A DNA stretch of 64,000 nt, taken from NCBI GenBank assembly GCA_963754085.1, contig CAVWFA010000003.1:391854-455853 (forward strand), given 5' to 3'. Of the stretch, positions 1-11,728 are shown piece by piece. A program made the translations under genes and the position numbers. The notes beneath the pieces were generated by a model, which was not told where the DNA came from, ran no database searches, and saw nothing but the letters and a program-made list of their open reading frames with translations. The stretch's first letter is position 1. Each line of letters starts with the position of its first letter. Source of the DNA: Candidatus Aminicenantes bacterium. GTDB lineage: Bacteria > Acidobacteriota > Aminicenantia > Aminicenantales > Saccharicenantaceae.

Positions 1-1448
1 TGACCGTCGAGGATACGGGCATCGGCATCCCGGCCAACATGCTCGAATCCATCTTCGACCGCTTCTCGCAGGTCGACGGGTCCAAGTCGAGGGCCCAGGA
101 AGGGACGGGCATCGGGCTGGCCCTGGCCCGGGAGATCGTCGACGTCCATAAGGGCCGGATCCACGCCGAGAGCGAGCTCGGCCGGGGCTCCCGGTTCATC
201 GTCGAGCTGCACAAGGGCGAAGAGCACTTCGACGAGGCCGTCCTCGACCGCCGCTCCGAGGACCTGCCCATCGGGCTGCGGCGCCGCCTGACCGACACCG
301 AGGAGCCCCGGGTCCAGGACATCGTCACCGATTACCGCCGGCTCCAGCTCGTCGACCTGGAGAAGGTGGACCTCGAGGGCGGCCGGGTGGAAGAGGCCAA
401 GGTCCACGACGCCTTGATCCTCTGCATCGACGACAATCCCGAGGTCCTCAAGCTCATGAAGATGCTCCTCTCCGACGAGTTCGACCTGGAGCTCGTCACT
501 TCGGCCGAGCAGGGCCTCAAGTTCGTCCGGGCGAAGAATCCCGACCTGGTCCTCTGCGACGTCATGATGCCGGGCATGGACGGCCACGCCTTCTCCCGGA
601 CGGTCAAGGCCGACGAGGCGCTGAAGCACATCCCCATCATCCTGGTCACCGCCCGGACCGGGGCCGAGATGATCAACGAAGGGCTCCAGGCCGGCGCGGA
701 CGACTACATCTCCAAGCCCTTCGATTCGACCGAGCTCAAGGCCCGCATCCGCTCCCAGCTCCGGCTGCGCCAGATGGAGTCGGAGATGGCCCTGATGAAC
801 AGGAACCTCCGGGTCCGGACCTCCGACCTCGTCGAGCAGCAGCGGTCGCTGTTCCTGTCGACGGTCAAGTCGCTGGCCTCGGCCATCGACGCCAAGGACG
901 AGTACACGCGCCACCACTCCACCCGGGTGACGGATTTCTCGCTCAAGCTCGCGGCCAAGATGGGCTTCAGCGAGAAGGAGCTCGGCGACCTCGAGTTGGC
1001 CGCGCTTCTGCACGACGTCGGCAAGATCGCCGTCCCCGAGCTCATCCTCAACAAGCCGGGCAAGCTCACCGACGAGGAGTTCAAGCTCATCAAGGAGCAC
1101 CCCGCCCGCGGCGAGTCCATCCTCAGCCCGGTCGTCGAGCTCAAGGAGATCGGCCGGGTCGTCCGGTCCCACCACGAGCGCTACGACGGGACGGGCTACC
1201 CCGACCGGCTCAAGGGTCAGGAGATCCCCCTCGGGGCCCGGATCATGACCATCGCCGACACCTACGATTCCATCACCTCGGAGCGTCCCTACCGGAAGGC
1301 CGCCTCCCACCGCTACGCCGTGAAGGAGATCATCAGCTGCTCCGGGACCCAGTTCGATCCCGAGGTGGTCGGGCATTTCCTGGAGATCGCCGGCGCGTTC
1401 GTCCAGGGCGCGGACCCGGATAAGGAGCCGCCGGCGAACGAAGCCTGA
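1..1448 (+). CDS. Hybrid signalling protein, 5' end cut by window edge: histidine-kinase HATPase_c C-terminus + REC receiver + HD-GYP phosphodiesterase
   Basis: Frame is open from nt 3 (TVEDTGIGIPAN precedes the ATG at 39). DTGIGI / GTGIGL ATP-lid boxes; receiver motif LVLCDVMMPGMDG..KPF; HD ... HHERYDGTGYP motif. Confidence 0.85.
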   Translation, partial: TVEDTGIGIPANMLESIFDRFSQVDGSKSRAQEGTGIGLALAREIVDVHKGRIHAESELGRGSRFIVELHKGEEHFDEAVLDRRSEDLPIGLRRRLTDTEEPRVQDIVTDYRRLQLVDLEKVDLEGGRVEEAKVHDALILCIDDNPEVLKLMKMLLSDEFDLELVTSAEQGLKFVRAKNPDLVLCDVMMPGMDGHAFSRTVKADEALKHIPIILVTARTGAEMINEGLQAGADDYISKPFDSTELKARIRSQLRLRQMESEMALMNRNLRVRTSDLVEQQRSLFLSTVKSLASAIDAKDEYTRHHSTRVTDFSLKLAAKMGFSEKELGDLELAALLHDVGKIAVPELILNKPGKLTDEEFKLIKEHPARGESILSPVVELKEIGRVVRSHHERYDGTGYPDRLKGQEIPLGARIMTIADTYDSITSERPYRKAASHRYAVKEIISCSGTQFDPEVVGHFLEIAGAFVQGADPDKEPPANEA

Positions 1449-1482
1449 GCGCCCCGTCCCGGGCGCCGGCGCCGCCGAAAGG

Positions 1483-3555
1483 ATGAGCATGCAGATCGGT
1501 TATTACGCCCTCGGCCTTTTCGCCGGGCCCCTCATCGCCGGGGCGGTCGCGGCCATCGCCTGGAAGCGCGCGATCACGCCGGTCGGGCGGCTTCTGGCCG
1601 TCCTCATGGGGTCCGTTTTCGTCTGGTCCCTGGCCGCCGCGTTCGAGGCGGTCGAGCCGGAGCGCGCGGCCAAGGTCCTGTTGTCGAAGTTCGAATACGT
1701 GGGCATCGCCATGGTGCCCGTACTGATGTTCCTGTTCGCCTTCCAGTTCCTGCGTTCCGGCCGGATGCTGCACCGGGACCTGCGGGCGCTGCTGTGGGTC
1801 GTCCCCGCGATCACCATCGCCCTGGCCTTCACCAACGAGTGGCACGGGCTCATCTGGACGGATTTCAAGCCGGCGGCCGGGGCGGGGGAACATCTCCTGC
1901 TCTATTCCCACGGCACCTGGTTCTGGATCCACGCCGCCTACTCCTACGCCCTGCTCTCGGCCACGACCGTGTTCCTGGTCCTGGCCTGCTTCCGGTTCAA
2001 AGGCATCTACCGCCGGCAGGCCGCCACCCTGATGCTGGCCTTCCCCCTGCCGTTAATCGCTAACGCCGTCTACCTGGCCGGGTTGGCGGGCGCCGATAAA
2101 GGCTATGATTTCACGCCGATCGGCTTCGCCTTCTCCGGGCTCTTCCTGCTCTGGGCGATCTTCCGGCTCCAGCTCGTCGACCTCATCCCGGTGGCCCGCG
2201 AGCGCGTCATCGAGAGCATGGGCGAGTCGCTGCTCATCCTCGACCCGGCCGGGCGCCTGGCGGCCTCGAACCCGGCCGCCCGCAAGCTCATGGCCGAGGT
2301 CGGCGGCCCGGCCGAGATCGTCGCCGAAACGAAGCTGCTGGGGCGGTCGGCGTCGGAGCTCTTCCCCGGCTGGCCCGACCTGGCCGAGGCCCTCGGCGCC
2401 CCGACGGCCTCGATGCGCGAGTTCCCGCTGGTCAAGGACGACCAGCCCCACTATTTCGACCTGCGTCTCTCTCCGCTTCTCGGACAGGGCGACCTGGTCA
2501 CCGGCTGGGTGGCCGTCCTCTACGACATCACCCGCCTCAAGAATGCGGAGACCGCGGCCATCGAGGCCCGCAAGATCGCCGAAACGCTCCGGGAGGCCGG
2601 CCTGACCCTGAGCTCGAAGCTGGACTTCAAGCAGATCTCCGCCCTCATCCTCGAGCTGCTGAAGCGGGTCATCCCCTACGACATCGGCGCCTTCCTGACC
2701 GTCGAGGAGGCGGATCTGCGGCTGGCCGCCATCAAGAGGCCGGCCGACGTCCGGAACCTCATCGGGGAGACCTATCCGGTGGCCGGCTCGCGGCTGTGCA
2801 ACATGGCCGTGCAGATGAAGCGGCCTCTGATCAGCCCCATCAAGAGCCCGGAGGACATCCTGCTGCCGCTCCGGCCCGACCAGGAGGTGCGGTCCTTCCT
2901 GGGCGTCCCCATCGTGTTCCGCGATCGGGTGACGGGCCTCATCGCCCTCTACAACTTCGGCCTGCGGGACTTCACCGAGGCCGACGCCCAGGTGGCCGAG
3001 CTCTTCGCCAGCCAGGTCGCCATCGCCATGGACAATTCCCGCCGCGTCGAGGAGTACGAGCTGCAGGCCGTGACCGACGGGCTGACCGGGCTCTACAATC
3101 GGCGGGCCTTCATGCCCCTGGGCGAGAAGGAGGTCGGACGCGCCCGCCGTTACCGGAGGCCGCTGTCCCTCATTCTCTTCGACATCGACCATTTCAAGCG
3201 CGTCAACGACTCCCACGGCCACCTGATCGGCGACCACGTCCTGGAGGTCCTGACCAGGCTCGTCGGCAAGACGACGCGGGCGACCGACATCGTCTGCCGC
3301 TACGGCGGCGAGGAGTTCATCGTCCTGATGCCCGAGGCCAGCCGGGAGGAGGGCCTGGCCATGGCCGAGCGGCTGCGCCAGGAGATCTCCCGGATGACCG
3401 TCGTCACGGCCGGCGGCACGCTCTCCCTGACGGTCAGCCTGGGCGTCGCCGCGCTCCGGCCCGAGGAGGACGACAACCTCGAGAGCCTCATCGCCCGGGC
3501 CGACCGGGCCATGTACCAGGCCAAGGCCGCCGGCCGGGACACCGTCCGCGGCTGA
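1483..3555 (+). CDS. Membrane sensor diguanylate cyclase (7TM N-terminal sensor - PAS - GAF - GGDEF)
   Basis: 690-aa ORF with about 7 N-terminal TM helices and a C-terminal RYGGEEFIVLM (GGEEF) active site with DIDHFKRVND. RBS-like GAAAGGA lies before the ATG. Confidence 0.9.
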   Translation: MSMQIGYYALGLFAGPLIAGAVAAIAWKRAITPVGRLLAVLMGSVFVWSLAAAFEAVEPERAAKVLLSKFEYVGIAMVPVLMFLFAFQFLRSGRMLHRDLRALLWVVPAITIALAFTNEWHGLIWTDFKPAAGAGEHLLLYSHGTWFWIHAAYSYALLSATTVFLVLACFRFKGIYRRQAATLMLAFPLPLIANAVYLAGLAGADKGYDFTPIGFAFSGLFLLWAIFRLQLVDLIPVARERVIESMGESLLILDPAGRLAASNPAARKLMAEVGGPAEIVAETKLLGRSASELFPGWPDLAEALGAPTASMREFPLVKDDQPHYFDLRLSPLLGQGDLVTGWVAVLYDITRLKNAETAAIEARKIAETLREAGLTLSSKLDFKQISALILELLKRVIPYDIGAFLTVEEADLRLAAIKRPADVRNLIGETYPVAGSRLCNMAVQMKRPLISPIKSPEDILLPLRPDQEVRSFLGVPIVFRDRVTGLIALYNFGLRDFTEADAQVAELFASQVAIAMDNSRRVEEYELQAVTDGLTGLYNRRAFMPLGEKEVGRARRYRRPLSLILFDIDHFKRVNDSHGHLIGDHVLEVLTRLVGKTTRATDIVCRYGGEEFIVLMPEASREEGLAMAERLRQEISRMTVVTAGGTLSLTVSLGVAALRPEEDDNLESLIARADRAMYQAKAAGRDTVRG

Positions 3556-3576
3556 CCCCGTCCCTCTGACGAACCC

Positions 3577-3607
3577 TTGTCCCGCCGGACGGGGCCTGTG
3601 CTATAAT
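3577..3607 (+). promoter_or_regulatory. Candidate sigma70-type promoter for the DUF1015 gene (TTGTCC-N19-TGcTATAAT, extended -10)
   Basis: Perfect TATAAT at 3602-3607 preceded by TG at 3599-3600, 22 nt upstream of ATG 3630. GGAGG RBS at 3620-3624. Confidence 0.35.
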
Positions 3608-3629
3608 AAGCCCCTTTTTGGAGGTACCC

Positions 3630-4871
3630 ATGGCCCACATCCGGCCTTTCCGGGGCGTCCGGCCCCGCAAGGAGATCGCTTCTCTCGTCGCCGCTCCGCC
3701 CTACGATGTCCTGACCTCGGAGGAAGCCCGGGAGCTGGCGGCCGGCAATCCCTTCTCGTTCCTGCACATCGGCAAGCCGGAGATCGACCTGCCGCCGGGG
3801 ACCGATCTCTACAGCGACGCTGTCTACGCCAAGGGCAAGGAGAACTTCGAGCGTTTCCTCCGCGAGGGGACGATCGTCCGGGACAAGACCCCCGATTTCT
3901 ACATCTACAAGCAGATCTGGGGCGAGCACGTCCAGATCGGGCTCGTCGCCGCGGCGTCCTGCCAGGATTATCTCGACGACATCATCAGGAAGCACGAGCT
4001 GACCCGGGTGGACAAGGAGAACGACCGGATGCGCCACATCGAGACCCTCGGCGCCCAGACCGGCCCCGTCTTCCTGACCTACCGGCGGAGCGACGCCGTC
4101 GACGCCCTCGTCGCCGAGGGCATGGCCCTCGGGCCCGAGGTCGATATCACGACCTACGACGGCGTCCGGCACATCTTCTTCGTCGTCGACGACCCCGGGC
4201 TCGTCGACCGGCTCCAGGCCGCGTTCGCCGCCCTGCCCTTCCTCTATGTCGCCGACGGCCATCATCGCTCCGCGGCCGCGACCCGGATCAAGGTCAAGCG
4301 GGACCGCGAGCGCCCGGGCCGGACCGGCCGCGAGGAGGACAACTTCTTCCTGGCCGTCATCTTCCCCCACAGCCAGATGAAGATACTGCCCTACAACCGT
4401 GTCGTCCGCGACCTCAACGGCCTCGACCCGGCCGGCTTTCTGGCCAAGCTCGCGGAAAAGTTCGTGGTCACCCCCGATGCCGCCAAGGCCCCGGTCAAGA
4501 GCCGGGAGTACGCCATGTTCCTCGGCGGGCGCTGGTACGGCCTCGCGGCCAAACCCGGCACCTTCGATCCGGGCGATCCCATCGGCTCGCTCGACGTTTC
4601 GATCCTGCAGACGAATCTCCTGGCCCCGGTCCTGGGGATCGCCGACCCGCGGACGGACAAGCGGATCGACTTCGTCGGCGGCATCCGGGGGCCGGCCGGG
4701 CTCGAGAAGAAGGTCCTCTCGGGCGGGTTCGCCGTCGCCTTCTCCCTCTCGCCGACGACCGTCGAGCAGCTCTTCTCCGTGGCCGACGCCGGCCGGATCA
4801 TGCCGCCGAAATCGACCTGGTTCGAGCCCAAGCTCAAGGACGGCCTGGTCGTCCACATGATCGACGAATGA
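3630..4871 (+). CDS. DUF1015 family protein (function unknown)
   Basis: MAHIRPFRGVRP N-terminus typical of DUF1015. I prefer ATG 3630 (GGAGG 6 nt upstream) over the TTG at 3618 used in the ORF track. Confidence 0.8.
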   Translation: MAHIRPFRGVRPRKEIASLVAAPPYDVLTSEEARELAAGNPFSFLHIGKPEIDLPPGTDLYSDAVYAKGKENFERFLREGTIVRDKTPDFYIYKQIWGEHVQIGLVAAASCQDYLDDIIRKHELTRVDKENDRMRHIETLGAQTGPVFLTYRRSDAVDALVAEGMALGPEVDITTYDGVRHIFFVVDDPGLVDRLQAAFAALPFLYVADGHHRSAAATRIKVKRDRERPGRTGREEDNFFLAVIFPHSQMKILPYNRVVRDLNGLDPAGFLAKLAEKFVVTPDAAKAPVKSREYAMFLGGRWYGLAAKPGTFDPGDPIGSLDVSILQTNLLAPVLGIADPRTDKRIDFVGGIRGPAGLEKKVLSGGFAVAFSLSPTTVEQLFSVADAGRIMPPKSTWFEPKLKDGLVVHMIDE

Positions 4872-5524
4872 GCCCCGCCATCCCCCCGGCCCTCGTCGCC
4901 CTCATCCGGGAAGAGGCCGGGGCCTTCTTTCGCAGCGCCCGGGGCAGCCACGACTGGGACCACACGGAGCGCGTCTACAGGCTCTGCCTGAGGATCGGCC
5001 GCCAGGAGAAGGCCGACCTGGGCGTGCTCAAGCTCGCCGCCCTGCTCCACGATATCGGCCGCGAGGAAGAGGATCGCACGCACGGCCGGATCTGCCACGG
5101 ACGGAGCGGGGCGGCGCTGGCCAAAGCCATCCTGGAGGGCCACGGCTGCGATCCCGCCACGGTCCGGTCGGTCGTCCACTGCATTAGCACCCATCGCTTC
5201 CGCCGGGGGGCGGAGCCGGCGACGCTCGAGGCCCGCGTCCTCTTCGACGCCGACAAGCTCGACTCGATCGGCGCCGTGGGCGTCGGCCGGGCCTTCCTCT
5301 TCGCCGGCGAGGTCGGGGCCCGGCTCCACGACAAGACGGTCGACGTCCGGAAGACGAAGCCCTACACGCGTGAGGACACGGCCTACCGGGAGTACCTGGT
5401 CAAGCTCCGCCGCGTCAGGGACCGCATGACCACGCGGGAAGGCCGGCGCATCGCGGCCGACCGGCACCGCTACATGGCCGCGTTCTTCGCCCGGCTGAAC
5501 AAGGAGACGGACGGGGTTCTTTAA
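4868..5524 (+). CDS. HD-domain metal-dependent phosphohydrolase
   Basis: HDWDHTERV ... LAALLHDIGR (H..HD) motifs. The start overlaps the upstream stop (ATGA), suggesting translational coupling to DUF1015. Confidence 0.8.
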   Translation: MSPAIPPALVALIREEAGAFFRSARGSHDWDHTERVYRLCLRIGRQEKADLGVLKLAALLHDIGREEEDRTHGRICHGRSGAALAKAILEGHGCDPATVRSVVHCISTHRFRRGAEPATLEARVLFDADKLDSIGAVGVGRAFLFAGEVGARLHDKTVDVRKTKPYTREDTAYREYLVKLRRVRDRMTTREGRRIAADRHRYMAAFFARLNKETDGVL

Positions 5525-5525
5525 T

Positions 5526-7169
<1,644 letters not shown>

Positions 7170-7541
7170 ACTGACCTTATCTCTCTCCTAGTTTTGTTTC
7201 GCGCCGAATATTGTCGGGCTATTGAAAAGAGCGCGGCGAAAGGATCGAAAGCACGGGGCGGTGCTGTGACCGCCCAGAGGCCCCCGTGAGGGAGGGGGGA
7301 CCGGCGCGAAGCGGAGTCTCCGGAGCGGAGCTCCAGGTGCGCAGCGGAGCGGCTCGGAGCTGCGCATCTGGGAAATTTCTTGAGAAAGCGATCCCTAAGA
7401 TATTTATCAGAATCCCGGCTTCGTGTGCTCAGCCGCGATTCTGAGGTCCGCTCCCAAGAGTTCGCTCCCCGTAGGCGGGGGCAAGGGGCGGCCCAGCGCC
7501 GCCCGAAACGTGTTTTCGCGACTTGCGCCGCGACCTTATTG

Positions 7542-8480
7542 TTACCCGACGATCTTTTTGACGCCCTTGTACTTGGCTTCGACGCGCTCGCAGGGCAGGT
7601 ACTCGTTCTCCATGGCCCGGTAGTCCTTGAGGCCGACGAAGTCGGTGTATTCCTCGAAGGACGAGACCCACTGCGTCTGGCCGGGCAGGGTGCCGGTCGG
7701 AGAGGCCTTGAGCGCCTTGAAGAAGTTGGTCAGCGCCTTGTGGACGACCATGATGGAGGCGACGGGGATGGAGACGCGGCCGACGCCCATCTTCTTCAGC
7801 TCGGGGATGGGGATGAGCTCGGTCTTCATGCCGGTGATGGCGTCCATCAGGTTGACCGACAGGGGGCCCTTGATCGACTTGACCGCCTTCTCGATGTCGG
7901 CCCGGCTCTTGATGCCGTCGATGAAGGCCAGGTCGGCGCCGGCTTCGAGGTAGATGTTGCAGCGCTTGATGGCCTCGGCCAGGCCCATCCCGGCGAAGAC
8001 GTCGGTCCGGGCGTTGATGATGAAGTCCTTGTCGAGCCTGTCCCGGACGGCGGCGCAGGCCCGGATCTTCCCGGCCATCTCTTCGGCCGAGATGACTTCC
8101 TTGCCGGCCATGTGGCCGCAGCGCTTGGGGAAGACCTGGTCCTCGATGTTCATGCCGGCGACGCCCATGGCGACGAGGCGCTCGGTGACCCAGGCCGCGT
8201 TGACGGCGTTGCCGCCGCCGGTGTCGATGTCGGCCATGACCGGGATGGAGACGGCCTGGGCGATGTTCCAGGTCAGGTCGAGGACGTCCTTCATCCGGAC
8301 GAGGCCCACGTCGGGCTTGGCGAGGAAGGCTCCGGCCAGTCCGTAGCCCGAGACCTGGATGGCCTCGAACCCGGCCTTCTCGATGACCTTGGCCGAAAGG
8401 GCGTCGTGGCAGCCGGGCACGGCGACGGCCCGGCGCTCCATGATCGCTTTCCGCAGGACTTTGGTTCTTTTCATGTTCAT
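7542..8480 (-). CDS. Isocitrate lyase / PEP mutase superfamily enzyme (methylisocitrate-lyase-like, KRCGH motif)
   Basis: VPGCHDALSAKV..GFEAI, ADIDTGGG and EDQVFPKRCGHMAGKEV motifs. AAGGAG RBS before ATG 8480. Confidence 0.85.
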   Translation of the reverse strand: MNMKRTKVLRKAIMERRAVAVPGCHDALSAKVIEKAGFEAIQVSGYGLAGAFLAKPDVGLVRMKDVLDLTWNIAQAVSIPVMADIDTGGGNAVNAAWVTERLVAMGVAGMNIEDQVFPKRCGHMAGKEVISAEEMAGKIRACAAVRDRLDKDFIINARTDVFAGMGLAEAIKRCNIYLEAGADLAFIDGIKSRADIEKAVKSIKGPLSVNLMDAITGMKTELIPIPELKKMGVGRVSIPVASIMVVHKALTNFFKALKASPTGTLPGQTQWVSSFEEYTDFVGLKDYRAMENEYLPCERVEAKYKGVKKIVG

Positions 8481-8626
8481 TGGCTCCTTGTGATGGCAAA
8501 ACGGGTCCCTATTCTACCGCATCCCGGCCCCGCCGGAAAGGGGGGCCGGCCTTCGGCGCGTGTCCTTGACAATTTCTCCCCGTTCGCGGAGACTTGGCCA
8601 TATTTCCGCCCCGCTCGGAGGACGCC

Positions 8627-9698
8627 ATGAGCAAGATCGCCGGTCTCTCCATCGAACCGTTCCGCGGCGACTACGAGGGCCTCGAGCGCATGGCCCACGC
8701 CTCCTGGCGCGACGAGTACGGCCAGGCCTCCTTCCCCAATTTCTACCGGCCGGCCTTTCTGCGCTACCTTTTCGACCGCATCCCCGCCGACCGGCGCGAC
8801 CTCCTGCTCGGGGCCTATAAGGGCGACGAGATCGTCGCCTTCCTGGCCAATCTGCCCGAGAAGTTCCATTTCGAAGGGACGATCCGGAGCGGCGTCTACA
8901 GCTGCCTCCTCGTCGTCCGGAAGGAATATCTCCGGAAGGGCCTGGCCCTCGAGATCATCCGGGCGGCCGTGGACCTCAACAAGAAGTACGGCTTCGATTT
9001 CTCGCTCCTGACCCTCGAGACGGGGCACCGGTCGACGCTGATGATGAACAAGTTCATCGCCGAGGGCCAGCGCATCGAGCGGATCCGCAAGTCCGGGGTC
9101 ATGGCCCGCGTCCTCGACCTCGACCGCGTCGACGGCGCCGAAGGGCTGAAGGGCTACGAAAAGGCGGCCATCCGCCTGCTCGGCGTCCACAAGCCGCCCA
9201 AGGCCGCTCCGGGCGTCGATCTGCGGGACTACCGGCCCGCCGACCTCGACGCCTGCCACGCCCTCCTCGACCGCTACAAGGACACGGTCCGGCTGGCCCT
9301 GGCCTGGGACAAGAAGGACCTGGCCGTCGAGCTCGACACGCCCGAGCGTCGCCCGGACCCTCGTCTGGGAAAAGGACGGCCGCGTCCAGGCTCTCGTCAA
9401 CTTCGTCCGGCACGACCAGATGGGCCGGCAGACGGTGCCTTACGCCTGGATCAACCATGTCGCCTTCCCCGATCTCTCGCCGGCCGAGCGGACGGCGTTT
9501 CTGCGGGCCTATCTCACCCGCATCAAGGCGGACGGCTTCGCGGCCACGATCGACTTCACCAAGCGCGGCTGGCCGGCCGGGCCTTTCTACCGGGCCCGCT
9601 TCATCCCCTTCCCCCGGGCCGTCAATCTCGTCTCCTGGACGTTCAACCCGGAGATCTCGCTCGCCGGCATCCCCATCGTCTATGAGATCCAGGTCTGA
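8627..9698 (+). CDS. GNAT-like acetyltransferase with one apparent frameshift near 9347
   Basis: N-terminal part runs in frame 2 (start ATG 8627 after GGAGGA). The sensible continuation VARTLVWEKDGRVQALVNFVRHDQMGRQ..IVYEIQV runs in frame 0. The 8594 ORF tail after about 9345 is Arg/Pro junk. Confidence 0.6.
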
Positions 9699-9707
9699 TT
9701 CCGGGAT

Positions 9708-9736
9708 GGGGACATGTACCTGAGGTACGTGTCCCC
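9708..9736 (+). repeat. 29-nt hairpin element GGGGACATGTACC-TGA-GGTACGTGTCCCC (type 1)
   Basis: 13-bp arms with one T:G pair on the + strand, 9 nt after the GNAT stop. One of four near-identical copies in the window. Confidence 0.9.
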
Positions 9737-9760
9737 GGCCCGCAGCCTGGCGTCCGCTCG

Positions 9761-9789
9761 TTGACAGTCCGTTTTATTGCTGATAAAAA
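9761..9789 (+). promoter_or_regulatory. Candidate sigma70 promoter for pckG (TTGACA-N17-TAAAAA, with TG at -15/-14)
   Basis: Consensus -35 at 9761-9766 and an AT-rich -10 at 9784-9789. GAGG RBS 7 nt before ATG 9808. Confidence 0.4.
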
Positions 9790-9807
9790 TGGAAGCCGAG
9801 GCCTAAT

Positions 9808-11574
9808 ATGATTTCAGCCGCGGAACGCTGGGTCGCCGACCAGGAACGACTGGCCAAGCCGGCCCGCGTCTACTGGTGCGACGGCTCCGACGGCGAGGCC
9901 TGGCGCCTGCTCGAGATCGGCCTGAACGAGGAGCGCCTCAACGGGCCGGTCTTCCAGCCGCTCAACCACAAGACCTGGCCGACGGCCTACCTCCACCGTT
10001 CCGCCACGAACGACGTCGCCCGGGTCGAGCAGCTGACCTTCGTCTGCCATCCGACCAAGGAGGCGGCCGGGCCGAACAACAACTGGATGGACGTGGGCAA
10101 GGCCAAGAAGCTCATGGCGTCGCTCTCGGACGGCTGCATGGCCGGCCGGACCATGTACGTCATTCCCTACATGATGGGCCACCCCGACTCGCCCTACGCC
10201 AAGGCCTGCATGATGATGACGGACTCGAGCTACGTCGCCGTCAGCATGCGCATCATGACCCGCATCGGCTCGGCCATCCTGGAGAAGCTTCGCAACCGCG
10301 AGGACTTCGTCAAGGGCTTCCACTCGATCGGCACGCTCGACCCCGACCGCCGCTACATCATGCACTTCCCCGAGGAGGGCCTGGTCTGGAGCGTCGGCTC
10401 GGGCTACGGCGGCAACGCCCTGCTCGGCAAGAAGTGCGTCGCCCTCCGGATCGGCTCGTTCCTCGGCTACAAGCAGGGCTGGCTGGCCGAGCACATGGTC
10501 ATCATGGGCATCGAGGACCACCGCGGCAAGACGACCTACGTCACGGCCGCGCTGCCGAGCGCCTGCGGCAAGACCAACCTGGCCATGATGGAGTCGGCCC
10601 TGCCCGGCTACCGGGTCTGGACGCTCGGCGACGACATCGCCTGGCTCAACATCGGCCCCGACGGGCGCCTCTGGGCCATCAATCCCGAGGCCGGGTATTT
10701 CGGAGTGGCGCCGGGGACGTCCATGAAGACGAACCCCAACATGATGAAGACCATCCAGCGGGGCGCCTTCAACCCGACCCTGTTCACCAACGTCGCCCTC
10801 GACACCGACCGCAACGAACCTTGGTGGGAGGGCCTCGACGGCCCCGTCCCCGAACATCTCCTGGACTGGCAGGGGAAGCCCTGGACGCCGGCGCTGGGGA
10901 CCAAGGCGGCTCACCCCAACTCCCGGTTCACGGCCCAGATCGTCAACTCGCCCATGCTGGACAAGCAGGCCGAAAACCCGCAGGGGGTGCCCATCTCGGC
11001 CATCATCTTCGGCGGCCGCCGCACCCAGCTCATCCCGCTCGTCATCGAGAGCTTCAATTGGGCCCACGGCGTCTTCATGGGCGCGCGGATGGGCTCGGAG
11101 ACGACCGCCGCGGCCACCGGACAGGTCGGCGTCGTGCGGCGCGACCCGATGGCCATGCTCCCCTTCTGCGGCTACAACATGGCCGACTACTGGCGCCACT
11201 ACCTCAACATGGGCAACCGCATGACGCGGCCGCCCAAGATCTTCGGGGTCAACTGGTTCCGGACCGACGATCGGGGCAAGTTCATCTGGCCGGGCTTCGG
11301 CGACAACATGCGCGTCCTCAAGTGGGTCATCGACCGGGTGACTGGCGCCGTGCCGGCCCGCGAGACCCCGGCCGGCCTGGTGCCGCGGGTCGAGGACTTC
11401 GACATGACCGGGCTCGACATGCCCAAGGACCGCCTCGAGACGCTGTTCGAGGTCCGGATCAAGGACTGGAAGTCCGAGGTCGACGGGATCCGGGACTTCC
11501 TCAAGCCCTACAAGGGCCGCCTGCCAGCCGAGATCCGCGAGCAGTACGAAAAGCTCGAGCGCCAGGTCCGCTGA
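9808..11574 (+). CDS. pckG: Phosphoenolpyruvate carboxykinase (GTP)
   Basis: 588 aa with GTP-PEPCK hallmarks: YWCDGS N-terminus, GSGYGGNALLGKKC, SACGKTN P-loop, GDDIAW, FGGRR. Confidence 0.95.
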   Translation: MISAAERWVADQERLAKPARVYWCDGSDGEAWRLLEIGLNEERLNGPVFQPLNHKTWPTAYLHRSATNDVARVEQLTFVCHPTKEAAGPNNNWMDVGKAKKLMASLSDGCMAGRTMYVIPYMMGHPDSPYAKACMMMTDSSYVAVSMRIMTRIGSAILEKLRNREDFVKGFHSIGTLDPDRRYIMHFPEEGLVWSVGSGYGGNALLGKKCVALRIGSFLGYKQGWLAEHMVIMGIEDHRGKTTYVTAALPSACGKTNLAMMESALPGYRVWTLGDDIAWLNIGPDGRLWAINPEAGYFGVAPGTSMKTNPNMMKTIQRGAFNPTLFTNVALDTDRNEPWWEGLDGPVPEHLLDWQGKPWTPALGTKAAHPNSRFTAQIVNSPMLDKQAENPQGVPISAIIFGGRRTQLIPLVIESFNWAHGVFMGARMGSETTAAATGQVGVVRRDPMAMLPFCGYNMADYWRHYLNMGNRMTRPPKIFGVNWFRTDDRGKFIWPGFGDNMRVLKWVIDRVTGAVPARETPAGLVPRVEDFDMTGLDMPKDRLETLFEVRIKDWKSEVDGIRDFLKPYKGRLPAEIREQYEKLERQVR

Positions 11575-11728
11575 TCTCTCTCATTGTCCTCGCTTCGCTC
11601 AATTGTCCTTTTATCAGGACAGAATTCAACCTTCGGTCCCCTCTTATCAGGCAGGGACTTTGGCATAATCCTTGCAGCACATTATTAAAGAGGGATTAAT
11701 GTTATCTTTCGCAAATGTGGGGTCTAAG

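Noticed and set aside
7170-7541. A known housekeeping RNA (tmRNA, RNase P, SRP/4.5S, 6S) or a known riboswitch in the long gaps (also 19216-19490 and 58090-58558).
   Set aside because: I could not find any of the signature motifs of these RNAs by eye. The regions are left as unexplained structured or non-coding sequence rather than named.
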